From the NCBI GenBank assembly GCA_040391605.1, contig JBEBXK010000008.1:46635-110634 (forward strand): a DNA stretch of 64,000 nucleotides, given 5' to 3'. Both the position numbers and the translations under genes were made by a program. Every line of letters starts with the position of its first letter. The stretch's first letter is position 1. The notes beneath the pieces are model-generated. The model was not told the origin of the DNA, made no database searches, and saw only the letters and a program-made list of their open reading frames with translations. Of this stretch, positions 25,239-35,120 are shown piece after piece. The stretch is from Vulgatibacter incomptus (lineage in GTDB: Bacteria; Myxococcota; Myxococcia; Myxococcales; Vulgatibacteraceae).

Positions 25239-27512
25239 ATGGCAAGACCTCCTCAGCTCACCGCGGAACTGCAGCAGACCCTGGAGCGGGCCTTCGAGGC
25301 CGCCCGTGTGCGCAGAAACGAGCACGTAGGCACCGAGCATCTGCTCCTGGGCCTGCTCGACGAGCCCTTGGCGGAGCAAACCATCGTCGCCTGTGGCGGC
25401 GAGCCCGGCGAGCTGCGCGACGAGCTGGTCACCTTCCTGGAGGACCACTTCGAGTCGCTGCCGAAGCCGGTGGAGCCGACGCCGACGCTGGGCTTCGCCC
25501 GGGTGATCCAGCGGGCGGCCGTCCACGCCCTCTCCTCGGAGAGCGAGTCGGTGGACGGCGGCACGGTGCTGGCGGCGCTCTTCCAGGAGGAGCAGAGCCG
25601 GGCGGCCTATCTGCTCCACCAGCAGGGGATCGAGCGCCTGGACGTGATCCACTATCTCGCCCACGGTCGCTCCGAGGAGGATGAGGAGGAGGTGGACGAC
25701 GACGAGGTCGACGAGGAGGAGGCGGGGCCGAGCCTGCGTCCCGCCAAGGATCCCCTGGAGGCCTATGCGGTGGATCTCCTCGCCAAGGCGGCCGAGGGGC
25801 GGATCGATCCCCTGGTGGGCCGCGACGCGGAGATCGAGCGGACCATCCAGATCCTGGCCCGACGCCGAAAGAACAACCCGCTCTACGTGGGCGAGCCGGG
25901 GGTGGGGAAGACCGCCCTGGCAGAGGGGCTCGCGCTGCGCATCCACGAGGGCAAGGTCCCGGAGGCGCTCCGCGACGTGAAGCTCTTCGCCCTGGACCTG
26001 GGTTCGCTGCTGGCGGGCACCCGCTACCGCGGCGACTTCGAGCAGCGGATGAAGGCGGTGCTCAAGGCCCTGGGCAAGCTCGAAAAGCCCATCCTCTTCA
26101 TCGACGAGCTCCACACCCTGGTGGGGGCGGGCGCCACCAGCGGCGGCAGCATGGACGCCTCCAATCTGCTCAAGCCCGCCCTCGCGTCGGGGGAGCTACG
26201 CTGTATCGGCTCGACCACCTTCGAGGAGTACAAGAGCTCCCTCGACAAGGACAAGGCGCTGGCGCGGCGCTTCCAGAAGATCGACGTCGACGAGCCGTCG
26301 ATCGAGGAGACCGTCCAGATCCTGAGCGGCCTGCGGTCGCGCTACGAGGAGCACCACGGCGTGCGCTACACCGACGAGGCGATCTCGTCGGCGGCGCAGC
26401 TCGCCGCCAAGCACCTCACCGATCGCCACCTGCCGGACAAGGCCGTGGACGTGATGGACGAGGCGGGTGCCGCCGCCACGCTCCTGCCTCCGGAGCAGCG
26501 CACGGGGGTGGTGGAGGCGGCCGATGTGGAGACGGTGATCGCGCGGATGGCCAAGGTGCCGCCCCGCAGCGTCTCCGCCGACGATCGCAGCGCCCTGGCC
26601 CGCCTGGAGCCGGAGCTCAAGGGCGTGATCTTCGGGCAGGACAGCGCCATCGAGTCGGTCTCCGCCGCCATCAAGCTCGCCCGCTCCGGCCTGCGCGCCG
26701 GGGACAAGCCGATCGGCTCCTTCCTCTTCGCTGGCCCCACCGGCGTGGGAAAGACCGAGCTCGCCAAGCAGCTCGCCCGGATCCTGGGGGTGGACTTCCT
26801 CCGCTTCGACATGTCGGAGTACATGGAGAAGCACGCGATCTCGCGGCTCATCGGCGCGCCTCCGGGCTACGTGGGCTTCGATCAGGGCGGCCTCCTCACC
26901 GACGCCGTGCGCAAGTCCCCCTACGCCGTGGTGATCCTCGACGAGATCGAGAAGGCCCATCCGGACCTCTTCAACGTGCTGCTCCAGGTGATGGATCACG
27001 CCACGCTCACCGACAACAGCGGCAGGAAGGCCGACTTCCGCAACGTGATCCTGATCCTCACCACCAACGTCGGGGCGCGGGAGCTCTCCGGCAGGCGCCT
27101 CGGCTTCGGCGGCGGCACCCCCTTCGGCGCCGCCACCGGCTCCATCGAGAAGGCCTTCAGCCCCGAGTTTCGCAACCGCCTCGACGCCCTGATCCAATTC
27201 GCTCAGCTCGGGCGGCCGGAGATCCTGCGGGTGGTCGACAAGAACCTGCGGGAGCTCCAGGCGCAGCTCGTGGAGAAGCAGGTCGACCTGGAGGTCGGCG
27301 ACGAGGCCCGGGCCTGGCTGGCGGAGCACGGCTACGATCCCGCCTTCGGCGCCAGGCCCATGGCCCGGCTGGTGGAGCAGAGCCTGAAGAAGCCGCTGGC
27401 CGAGGCGATCCTCTTTGGGGCCCTCGCCGAGGGCGGCAAGGCCCGCGCCGTGGTGGAAGACGAGAAGCTGATCCTGCGTTTCGACGGAAGCGACCTGCAT
27501 CCCCTCTCCTGA
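25239..27512 (+). CDS. clpA: ATP-dependent Clp protease ATP-binding subunit ClpA
   Basis: Two AAA+ modules ([17 protein letters not shown]), RRKNNP and [11 protein letters not shown]. No ClpB coiled-coil M domain; follows clpS. Confidence 0.97.
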   Translation: MARPPQLTAELQQTLERAFEAARVRRNEHVGTEHLLLGLLDEPLAEQTIVACGGEPGELRDELVTFLEDHFESLPKPVEPTPTLGFARVIQRAAVHALSSESESVDGGTVLAALFQEEQSRAAYLLHQQGIERLDVIHYLAHGRSEEDEEEVDDDEVDEEEAGPSLRPAKDPLEAYAVDLLAKAAEGRIDPLVGRDAEIERTIQILARRRKNNPLYVGEPGVGKTALAEGLALRIHEGKVPEALRDVKLFALDLGSLLAGTRYRGDFEQRMKAVLKALGKLEKPILFIDELHTLVGAGATSGGSMDASNLLKPALASGELRCIGSTTFEEYKSSLDKDKALARRFQKIDVDEPSIEETVQILSGLRSRYEEHHGVRYTDEAISSAAQLAAKHLTDRHLPDKAVDVMDEAGAAATLLPPEQRTGVVEAADVETVIARMAKVPPRSVSADDRSALARLEPELKGVIFGQDSAIESVSAAIKLARSGLRAGDKPIGSFLFAGPTGVGKTELAKQLARILGVDFLRFDMSEYMEKHAISRLIGAPPGYVGFDQGGLLTDAVRKSPYAVVILDEIEKAHPDLFNVLLQVMDHATLTDNSGRKADFRNVILILTTNVGARELSGRRLGFGGGTPFGAATGSIEKAFSPEFRNRLDALIQFAQLGRPEILRVVDKNLRELQAQLVEKQVDLEVGDEARAWLAEHGYDPAFGARPMARLVEQSLKKPLAEAILFGALAEGGKARAVVEDEKLILRFDGSDLHPLS

Positions 27513-27687
27513 GGCAGGGCGGGGAGGCGGCTAGAGTCGATGATCCAGGGTCTCGCAGGGCGGGAGCGCGGCCACCCAGCGACGTCTGTCGACTCGTCGA
27601 CAATTCTTGGTGCATTGGTGCGCCAACTTGGTAACCTCCCGTGAAGGAAGCCACCTTTTCTGGCTCCATACCTAAAGGGGTACCAAC

Positions 27688-28011
27688 ATGAAGAATCTCG
27701 CTTTGATCGCGCTCGTCGCTTCGACCTTCGTCCTTGGCTCCGGTTGTTTCGCGATGTCCACCCGCGCTCCGCTGACGGGCGCCCTCTACTCTGACGTGAA
27801 GGCCGGCGAGAACGTTACGTCGAACTCCGGCGCCTCCAAGACCGGCAAGTCCTGCGCCACGTCGATCCTCGGCCTCGTGGCCACCGGCGACGCCTCGATC
27901 GAGACCGCCGCACGCCAGGGAGGGATCACGAAGATCTCCTACGTCGACGGCCAGAGCACCACCATCCTGGGGATCGTGGCGACGTACTGCAGCGAGGTCC
28001 ACGGCGAGTAA
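27688..28011 (+). CDS. TRL-like family lipoprotein
   Basis: Lipobox LGSGC, and KTGKSCATSILGLVATGDASIETAARQGGITKISYVD, matching the TRL-like family pattern. Confidence 0.8.
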   Translation: MKNLALIALVASTFVLGSGCFAMSTRAPLTGALYSDVKAGENVTSNSGASKTGKSCATSILGLVATGDASIETAARQGGITKISYVDGQSTTILGIVATYCSEVHGE

Positions 28012-28033
28012 TCCCGGATCGCGCTTCGAAGAG

Positions 28034-28070
28034 GAACGGCCTCCCCAGCGATATGCCGGGGAGGCCGTTC
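28034..28070. terminator. Hairpin between convergent genes (probable terminator)
   Basis: 13-bp perfect stem GAACGGCCTCCCC/GGGGAGGCCGTTC. Confidence 0.6.
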
Positions 28071-28113
28071 GTGCTTCAGTCTAGCGCGGCCGGTGTTTGT
28101 GAGCCGCGGAGCC

Positions 28114-28581
28114 TCAGCTCCCGCCGAGGTAGCGGAAGACGCATTCGGCGACACAGGCAGGTTTGGCCTCGCCCTGGACCTCGATGGTGTTCTTGAAGAC
28201 CACCTCTAGGCCGCCCTTCACCTCGGTGACCGATTCGACCATGGGCACCAGCCGGTACGAGGCGCCCTCCTTGAGCGGCGCCGGGAAGCGGACCTTGTTG
28301 AGGCCGTAGTTCAGCACGGCAGGGAAGCCTGTCACGTCCACGACCTCGAAGAAGAGGCCCGCGATCCGGGACACGGTGTAGTAGCCATGGGCGATGGGAG
28401 CGCCGAAGGGCGACTCGCGCAGGGCCCGCTCCCGATCCACGTGGATCCACTGGTGGTCGCCGGTGGCGTCGGCGAAGGCCACGATCTCCTCGAAGCGCAG
28501 CGGATGCCAGGGGCCCGGCGACAGCGGCTTGCCGATCAGGGCCTCCAGGCCGGCGCGTCCTTCGATCTTCGTCCTCTCCAT
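28114..28581 (-). CDS. MaoC family dehydratase (R-specific enoyl-CoA hydratase)
   Basis: FADATGDHQWIHVD, IAHGYYTVS and NYGLNKVRFPAP. Confidence 0.92.
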   Translation of the reverse strand: MERTKIEGRAGLEALIGKPLSPGPWHPLRFEEIVAFADATGDHQWIHVDRERALRESPFGAPIAHGYYTVSRIAGLFFEVVDVTGFPAVLNYGLNKVRFPAPLKEGASYRLVPMVESVTEVKGGLEVVFKNTIEVQGEAKPACVAECVFRYLGGS

Positions 28582-28648
28582 TCGTCTCTCCTCGCGTGGG
28601 TCGAAAGCTCCATCTACCCAGAGCCTGACGCCCATGTCTCTTTGATTT

Positions 28649-28735
28649 GGCTCGCGGGAGAAAGAGCCGTAGCGCGCAGCGCGGGTGAAAAATCGCCCCC
28701 ACGTCTTACGAGGGCGAATTTTTCACAGGCTCTGA
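28649..28735 (-). repeat. Partial copy of MITE/REP-like family 1 (reverse orientation)
   Basis: Reverse complement TCA-GAGCCTGTGAAAAATTCGCCC...GGGCGATTTTTCACCCGCGCTGCGCGCTACGGCTCT. Confidence 0.7.
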
Positions 28736-28766
28736 GACGAGCGAACGCCGGGAGCGAGCCCTTCGG

Positions 28767-30326
28767 CTACTTCTTCCAGGGACGGGAGATCACGCAGGCG
28801 TTGATGCCGCCGATGCCCATGGAGAGCTTGCCGGCCAGGCCATCTGCCACGCTGGCGTCGTCGAGGACGAAGCGCTCGTGGAGCGCGCCGATGGAGCGGT
28901 TCAGCTCATCGCCCTGGAGCGGGGTGGGGAAGAGCGAGCCCCGCTGGTAGCCCAGATATTGGGCGGTCAGCTCCCAGCCGCCGCCGGCCGACATGCCGTG
29001 GCCGAAGGTGCCCTTGCGTGCGGTGACCATCACCGAACCGGGGAGCACTTCGCGTAGGGTCTCTACCTCGAGGAAGTCGCCGGGGGTGGCGGTGGCGTGG
29101 AGATCCCAACTCCCGACCTCGGCGGGAGCGGCGCCGGCCTGCTCGAAGGCGCTGCGCATCGACGCGATGGGCCCCTCCCGCGAGGGGGTGATGATGTGAT
29201 CCGCGTCGGCGGAGACGCCCACGGCGAGCGGCTCCATGCCCAGGGGGTGGAACCCTTGGGCGGTCATGTACTCATAGTCGCCGACGATCCACACCACTGA
29301 GCCGCCGGCGACGTGGGTGCCGCGCATGCCTGTGAGAGGCTTGGATACTTCGCCGTCCGCAGAGAGCACGCGGGCGTTGTAGAAGCCCCCCACCGAGAGG
29401 GAGTTCGGTGCGGGATCCGTCATGCCGACGACGACGGCCTTGGCGCTCCCCACCGAGATGGACTGCATCGCGAGGTGCAGGGCGTAGCCGAAGGAGGAGC
29501 AGGCGGCCACGGGGGCAAAGGACATCCCCGTGATCTGGCCCATCATCGAGATCTGCGAGGCAGGGGTGTTGTGGATGTTCCAGAGGAGGTTGGCGGAGAC
29601 CTGGTTCCAGGGGGGCTCCGGCGCGTTCCACTTCTTCTGCAGCCTGGTGGCCCGGACCTTCTTCTCCTTGATCACGGCGAGCTTGGCGGCCTCGACGTCG
29701 CCGTCGATGGAGAGGGACTCGATCTCCCGCAGCTCCTCCAGATAGGCGGCGAGCTCCGGAGAGCGACCGGTCCAATGGTGCCAATAGCGCTCCTCGGCGA
29801 GGTCGCGCTCCTCCTCCGGGACCGTCTCCGGCTTGGGCGGCAGGCCGGGCTCGTCCTCGGGATGCGCGAGCCAGGCGGAGAGGGCGGAGTTGCGCTCGGG
29901 GTTCGCCCAGAAGCGATCCCATCGGCGCTGGGCGCGATGGAGCGCCAGGCTGGCGCCCTCGATGGTGGGCAGATCGCCCAGGCCGGTGCCGACGTAGACG
30001 TGGGCCTTCAGCCCCAGCTCCCTCAGGACCTTCTCGATGCCGGGGTTCTGGCGCAGTGATTGGATGAAGGCGCCGATGGCGAATTGGGTGGGCTGCCCCA
30101 TCTTCTTCTCGAGCTGCCCGTAGCGGTTGGGCGGGAAGCGCTCGTCGATCCAGCCCTTGTAATCGGCGAAGCGGAACGAGGGCATGCCCACCAGGAAGTT
30201 GTTGGGCCCGAAGCCGTCGAAGGGCGAGAGCCAGCTCTCCGAGGATCCGAGGTTGCGCTCGAATGCCTCGATGTCCGGCGACTTCGGGGCCACCACGCCC
30301 CAACCGAAGATTCCGACTCTTCGCAC
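28767..30326 (-). CDS. Stand-alone beta-ketoacyl synthase (FabF-like) with ~100-aa insertion
   Basis: Catalytic Cys in VAACSS, His in WDLHATAT and His in KGTFGHGMSAGG. C-terminal SMGIGGINA. Confidence 0.85.
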   Translation of the reverse strand: MRRVGIFGWGVVAPKSPDIEAFERNLGSSESWLSPFDGFGPNNFLVGMPSFRFADYKGWIDERFPPNRYGQLEKKMGQPTQFAIGAFIQSLRQNPGIEKVLRELGLKAHVYVGTGLGDLPTIEGASLALHRAQRRWDRFWANPERNSALSAWLAHPEDEPGLPPKPETVPEEERDLAEERYWHHWTGRSPELAAYLEELREIESLSIDGDVEAAKLAVIKEKKVRATRLQKKWNAPEPPWNQVSANLLWNIHNTPASQISMMGQITGMSFAPVAACSSFGYALHLAMQSISVGSAKAVVVGMTDPAPNSLSVGGFYNARVLSADGEVSKPLTGMRGTHVAGGSVVWIVGDYEYMTAQGFHPLGMEPLAVGVSADADHIITPSREGPIASMRSAFEQAGAAPAEVGSWDLHATATPGDFLEVETLREVLPGSVMVTARKGTFGHGMSAGGGWELTAQYLGYQRGSLFPTPLQGDELNRSIGALHERFVLDDASVADGLAGKLSMGIGGINACVISRPWKK

Positions 30327-30471
30327 GTATTTGGCTCCTATCGCCTGCGTTTCATGCCGTTCGGCCCATGATCGCTTAATCGGACCTCCTTTGCATCACC
30401 AGAGCCGGCAGGTGCAAGGCCAAAGGGCGCCCCGATCTTCCCGCCTGCCGCTCCATTTCAGCATCAACGTC

Positions 30472-30570
30472 CAGAGCCCTTGGGAAAATCGTCCCCGCTC
30501 GAGGCCAGGCGGCTCTCTCTCGCGGGGCGCGCGAAGGGCTCCCGTTGGAGGGCGCTCGCCTCCGCTCGTA
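30472..30570 (+). repeat. Copy of MITE/REP-like family 1
   Basis: AGAGCCCTTGGGAAAATCGTCCCCGCTCGAGG...CGCGGGGCGCGCGAAGGGCTC...GCTCGCCTCCGCTCG. Confidence 0.55.
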
Positions 30571-30605
30571 TGGCCCTTCCGAGGCCAGCCGGTTAGGTTC
30601 GGCCG

Positions 30606-31514
30606 GTGAGTCCTCTACCTGTCGTCGTCCTCACCGGCTTCCTCGGATCCGGCAAGACCACCCTCCTGCGCGAGCTCCTGCGCCGCCCCCACGGCCTGCG
30701 GATCGGGCTGATCCAGAACGAGCTCGGCCAAGCCGGCATCGACGTGGGCACGCCGGCTGCCCGCTCGATGATCGAGCTCACCGAGGGATGCGTCTGCTGC
30801 CTGCGCAACCCGGATCTGCTGGAGGGGCTCCAATCCCTCCACGCCAGGGGCGATCTCGATCGCGTGATCCTGGAGACCACGGGCCTCGCCGATCCCCTGG
30901 CCCTGACCTGGACCCTGGCCCGCCCCGAGTTGGCCGGCAAGATCCGCCTGGACTCGGTGGTCACGGTGGTGGACGCCGCCAACTTCGAGGCGGCGTCGGG
31001 AGAGGAGTGGGAGTCGCAGGTGCGCTGCGGCGATCTCATCGTCCTCAGCAAGCTGGATCTCGCCGAGGCCGAGCAGATCGGCCGGGCGACCGAGGCGATC
31101 CGACGGATCAACCCCGCCGCGCGGATCCTGGAGGCCGGCGAGTCGCTGCCAGACGGGCTCCTCCTGGACAGCGCCCCGGGGGGCGCCAGGCTGCAGGGCC
31201 TCGAGGGGCGGGAAGGCGGGAGCCACTCGGACTTCGGCGTGGTCACGGTGAGTGGTGGTGGGAGATACTCGCTGGACCCGTTGGAAGATCTGCTCGAGGC
31301 GCTGCCCGAGGCGATCTTCCGTGCCAAGGGGATCGTCCAGGTGGAAGATGGTCGCTGGGTCAATTTTCACGTGGTGGGCAAGCGGCTGCAGATCGATCTG
31401 CGGGCCCCGGCGCCGGAGCATGGCGAGAGCCGGATCGCCCTCTTCGGCCGATCGCTCGATCGCGAGAGGCTCGAGGCGCTCCTCGCCGCCTGCCGGGCGA
31501 GCGGGCAGGCGTAA
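30606..31514 (+). CDS. CobW/COG0523 family GTP-binding metallochaperone
   Basis: LTGFLGSGKTT, NELG, GCVCC (CxCC), ILETTGLADP and C-terminal FRAKG. No His-rich stretch. Confidence 0.92.
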   Translation: MSPLPVVVLTGFLGSGKTTLLRELLRRPHGLRIGLIQNELGQAGIDVGTPAARSMIELTEGCVCCLRNPDLLEGLQSLHARGDLDRVILETTGLADPLALTWTLARPELAGKIRLDSVVTVVDAANFEAASGEEWESQVRCGDLIVLSKLDLAEAEQIGRATEAIRRINPAARILEAGESLPDGLLLDSAPGGARLQGLEGREGGSHSDFGVVTVSGGGRYSLDPLEDLLEALPEAIFRAKGIVQVEDGRWVNFHVVGKRLQIDLRAPAPEHGESRIALFGRSLDRERLEALLAACRASGQA

Positions 31515-31597
31515 CAACAAGTGATTCCATTCGGCACTCGGCCCGCTGGCGCGACTTTGGGGCGTTGAAAGCCCTCGCCGAATGTTAGGGAGAGAGC

Positions 31598-32632
31598 GTG
31601 ACCGACTCGACCGACCGCACCATCGCCGTGGTGATGATGAATCTGGGAGGGCCCACGTCCCTGGAGGACGTCGAGCCCTACCTCTACAACATCTTCTCCG
31701 ACCCCGACGTGATCCAGCTCCCGCTGGGCTTTCTCTGGCAGAAGCGCTTCGCCCGAAAGATCTCCCGAGCGCGGGGGGCCGAGAGCCGCGGGATCTACGG
31801 GCACATCGGCGGGCGCTCGCCGATCCTCGAGAACACCGAGGCCCAGGCCCTGGCGCTGGAGGCCGCCCTCGGCCCGGGCTACCGCACCTTCATCGCCATG
31901 CGCGCCTGGAAGCCCAGCACGGAGGAGGCCGTCGATCGCCTGCTCGCCGCCGGGGCCACCGAGGTGGTGGCGCTCCCGCTCTATCCCCAGCGCTCCCGGA
32001 CGATGACCACCTCGTCGATGCGGGAGCTCTATCGCGTGCTGGCGGAGCGGGCGCCCTCCCTCCCGGTATCGGAGGTCTGCTGCTTCCCCGAGGCGCCCGG
32101 CCTCCTCGACGCCTGGGCGGCGCCGGTGCGGGCTGCCTACGACGGCATCGCGGAGGAGCGCCGCGAGCGGGCCCACGTGCTCTTCAGCGCCCACAGCCTC
32201 CCCCAGAAGCTGATCGATCGCGGCGATCCCTACCTCGCCCACGTGCAGGCCACGGTGCGCGGCGTGATGGCACGGCTCCCAGCTGGGCTGGCACATAGCC
32301 TGGCATTTCAGAGCCGCGCCACCCGCGCCAGATGGCTCGAGCCCGCCACCGAGGACGCCCTCGCTGCGCTGGCGCGCGACGGGATCAAGGACGTGATCGT
32401 GGTGCCGATCGCCTTCGTCACCGAGCACGTCGAGACGCTCTACGAGCTCGATATGTTGCTCAAGGATCCCGCCATAGCCGCCGGCATCGACGGCTACCAT
32501 CGGGTGCGGGTCCCGGCGACGACGGCGGAGATGATCGGCGCCTTCGCCGAGAGGGTCCGCGCCGCCCGCGCTGCAGGACCTCGGAGGCTCTGCAGTGAGC
32601 CCGGCGGCGTGCGCTGCCCCGGGCTGAAGTAG
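31598..32632 (+). CDS. hemH: Ferrochelatase
   Basis: MNLGGP, IGGRSPI, LPLYPQ, LFSAHSLP, GDPY, SLAFQS, WLEP and FVTEHVETLYELD. Confidence 0.97.
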   Translation: MTDSTDRTIAVVMMNLGGPTSLEDVEPYLYNIFSDPDVIQLPLGFLWQKRFARKISRARGAESRGIYGHIGGRSPILENTEAQALALEAALGPGYRTFIAMRAWKPSTEEAVDRLLAAGATEVVALPLYPQRSRTMTTSSMRELYRVLAERAPSLPVSEVCCFPEAPGLLDAWAAPVRAAYDGIAEERRERAHVLFSAHSLPQKLIDRGDPYLAHVQATVRGVMARLPAGLAHSLAFQSRATRARWLEPATEDALAALARDGIKDVIVVPIAFVTEHVETLYELDMLLKDPAIAAGIDGYHRVRVPATTAEMIGAFAERVRAARAAGPRRLCSEPGGVRCPGLK

Positions 32633-32710
32633 GCGCGCCCCCGCCGCGCCCGCCTCGTCATTCGCGCGCGTCAGCTGCTTCGTCTCAGCACCCGGCTGTA
32701 GCGCCACCGG

Positions 32711-32733
32711 CCTTCGCCGTGGCGCGGCGAAGG
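32711..32733. terminator. Hairpin between convergent hemH and sod
   Basis: Stem CCTTCGCCG/CGGCGAAGG with a 5-nt loop. Confidence 0.45.
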
Positions 32734-32760
32734 GTCGACGCGAGCCTCACGTGCAGTCAA

Positions 32761-33573
32761 TCAGCCTCGCACTGCCTGGAGGCGCTGGTTCGCGTACTCC
32801 CAGTTGATCACGTCGAAGAAGCGATCGACGTACTGGGCGCGGTTCGCCTTGTAGCGCAGATAGTAGGCGTGCTCCCAGACGTCGCAGCAGAGCAGCGGCT
32901 GGCTCCCCTGGAAGCCCATGTTCTGATGGCTCTCCGGGGCGATGATCACCAGGCGATCGCCCAGCGGCTCGTAGGCCAGCACGCCCCACGCGCTCGCTTC
33001 GGCGGCCTTGGTTGCGGCGGCGAACTGCTTGCGGAAGGCGTCCACGCTCCCGAAGCTCGCCTCCAACGCGGTCTTCAAGGCGCCCTTGGGCTCGCCGCCG
33101 CCGTTGGGGCTCATCGAGTTCCAATAGAGCGAGTGGAGGATGTGCCCGCTGCCGTTGAAGGCGAGGGAGCGCTCCTGGGCCTTGACCTCGGCGAAGTCGC
33201 TCTTCTTCCGGGAGTCGGCCATGTCGGCCAGGGTCTTGTTCAGCCCACGCACGTAGCCTGCGTGATGGACGTCGTGGTGGATCTCGAGGATCTCCGCGCT
33301 CAAGTACCCGTCCAGCGCGTTCTTCGGGTAGGGCAGCGGCGGCAGGGTGTATTCGCCTGGGCTCATCTTCTTGGCCGCAGCGCCGGTGCCCACGGGGGCG
33401 GGAGGCGGGGCCGACTTGTCCTTGCCCGGCGCCGGCGCTGGCGCGGCGGCCAGCGCGTCGCCCGCAGCCAGGAGCGGCGCGGCGATGGCGGCGCCCGCCA
33501 TCAGCCCGAGGATCCTGCGTCGATCGACGCCCGGCTCCTCGGAGTTGGTCTCGAGATCGTGCTCGCTGCTCAT
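32761..33573 (-). CDS. Fe/Mn superoxide dismutase with twin-arginine (Tat) signal peptide
   Basis: LPPLPY, HHDVHHAGYV, FNGSGHILHSLYW and DVWEHAYY. N-terminal DRRRILGL followed by a hydrophobic stretch and ALA. Confidence 0.93.
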   Translation of the reverse strand: MSSEHDLETNSEEPGVDRRRILGLMAGAAIAAPLLAAGDALAAAPAPAPGKDKSAPPPAPVGTGAAAKKMSPGEYTLPPLPYPKNALDGYLSAEILEIHHDVHHAGYVRGLNKTLADMADSRKKSDFAEVKAQERSLAFNGSGHILHSLYWNSMSPNGGGEPKGALKTALEASFGSVDAFRKQFAAATKAAEASAWGVLAYEPLGDRLVIIAPESHQNMGFQGSQPLLCCDVWEHAYYLRYKANRAQYVDRFFDVINWEYANQRLQAVRG

Positions 33574-33755
33574 GTCGCTCTCCTTATCGGCGGCTTGGGG
33601 ATTGAGACTGTAGAGCCTACGAGCCGCGGAGGTTGCCGGCAATCGAAAGGCATGGATGGCAGCGGGCGAACGCTCCTGAGGATCCTTCGTGCCACACGCG
33701 AGTGAGACGATCTGCGGGGCGACCTTCTCTCCGTAAAGGCTTCGAATACAAGAAG

Positions 33756-34799
33756 TCAGGGCGCGGAGATGAGCCCCTGTGAGCGGAGCATCCAGCCGAT
33801 CATCTTGTAGAGGAGGCGGGCGCCCACGTTGCCGTCCCATTGATCGCCGGCTTCACCCGGCGCCACCTCGCAGAGATCGAGGCCGACGATGGTGCGGCCG
33901 CTCCTGGCGACCCCGGCCAGCAGCGCGGCGGCTTGCTGAAAGGAGAGCCCGCCGGGGACCGGCGTACCGGTGTGGGGGCAGAGGGTGGGATCGAGGCCGT
34001 CGATGTCAAAGGAGAGGTAGACCTGCTGCGGCAGCTCAGAGACGATCCGATCGACCTGCGCTCGCCAGGTGACGCCCTCGAAGCGCTCGTTGCAGAGGAG
34101 CTGGTCGAAGTGGGTCAAGACCCTGCCGCCGCTCTCGCGGATGTAGGCGTGCTCGGCGCGGCCCAGGTCACGGATGCCCACCTGCACCAACCTCGTCACG
34201 CCGGGGATCCGCTCCATCACGTTGTGGAAGATCGAGGCATGACTCCAGGTGAAACCTTCGTACGCGTCGCGGAGGTCGGCGTGGGCGTCCAGGTGGAGGA
34301 TCCCCATGCCGGGGTAGCGCTCGGCGTAGGCCTGGATCGCGCCGAAGGGCACAGCGTGGTCGCCGCCGATCACACAGGGGATCTTGCCGGCGTCCAGCAG
34401 CGCCTTCGTCTTACCGTAGACCCAGGAGTTCACCCTGGCGCCAGCGTGGTTCACCCGATCGAGCATCGCGCGAAGCTCCGGATCGTCACCGGCTCCTCCG
34501 GCGTCGAAGATCGCGGTGGCCTCGACCTTCGCCTCGTCGTTCCAGGCGCGGATCGAAGGGTCCTCGTCGAGCATCGCGATCCCCGGCTCGTAGGGCCTGC
34601 CGATCTCGACGTCGAAGAGGTCGATCTGCGACGAGGCGTCGAGGATGGCCGCGGGGCCGTTCGCCGCGCCGGCGCCGTACGAGGTCGTCGCCTCGAAGGG
34701 GACGGGCAGCAGGATCACCTTGGCCTCGTCGGCGGTGAAGGGCAGCCCGTACACGCCGGCGCCTGGCGCCGACGCGGAGTCTGGATCGAAGGGGGCCAT
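33756..34799 (-). CDS. speB: Agmatinase (ureohydrolase family)
   Basis: GGDHAV, HLDAHADLR, HAS, SFDIDGLDP and TGTPVPGG. Confidence 0.88.
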   Translation of the reverse strand: MAPFDPDSASAPGAGVYGLPFTADEAKVILLPVPFEATTSYGAGAANGPAAILDASSQIDLFDVEIGRPYEPGIAMLDEDPSIRAWNDEAKVEATAIFDAGGAGDDPELRAMLDRVNHAGARVNSWVYGKTKALLDAGKIPCVIGGDHAVPFGAIQAYAERYPGMGILHLDAHADLRDAYEGFTWSHASIFHNVMERIPGVTRLVQVGIRDLGRAEHAYIRESGGRVLTHFDQLLCNERFEGVTWRAQVDRIVSELPQQVYLSFDIDGLDPTLCPHTGTPVPGGLSFQQAAALLAGVARSGRTIVGLDLCEVAPGEAGDQWDGNVGARLLYKMIGWMLRSQGLISAP

Positions 34800-34918
34800 G
34801 GCGGAGCTCCGGTGGCACGATCGTCCGGGAGCGGAGCGATCGCGGCGCATCCTACGCAGCGCCATTCGGTGGTCAAGCGGGCGAGGGGCGCGTGGTGACG
34901 GGAGCCCCCTCGGAGTCG

Positions 34919-35120
34919 GAGCCTGAAAAGAAATCGCCCTCGCGAGGTGGGGGCGATCCTTTCTCCGGCGTTGCGCGCTTTCGGGTCATTCCAGCGTTCG
35001 CTCGCGTCCGGCTCGCAGAAGAAGGGACCGTCGCCGCAGAGCGCGATCGGGCCCCGCGCGCCGCGAGAGGGCCTCTCTGCTCTTGCTCACCTTCCGGCTC
35101 GCGAGAGCCGTGCATTCTCA
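34919..35120 (+). repeat. Two tandem degenerate copies of MITE/REP-like family 1
   Basis: GAGCCTGAAAAGAAATCGCCC...GGGCGATCCTTTCTC...GCGTTCGCTCGCGTCCGGCTCGC. Second copy ends ...CCGGCTCGCGAGAGCCGTGCATTC-TCA at the amidohydrolase stop codon. Confidence 0.55.

Noticed and set aside
27512-28113. tRNA gene near the TRL (tRNA-associated locus)-like gene
   Set aside because: No cloverleaf, TTC(G/A)A T-loop or CCA end is visible; the only hairpin is a terminator-like stem.
30400-30600. Possible cobalamin riboswitch upstream of the cobW-like gene (GGGAA, CCCCGC, GGCCAGG)
   Set aside because: Spacing is too compressed, the ACTG core is missing, and the segment aligns with the dispersed repeat family instead.
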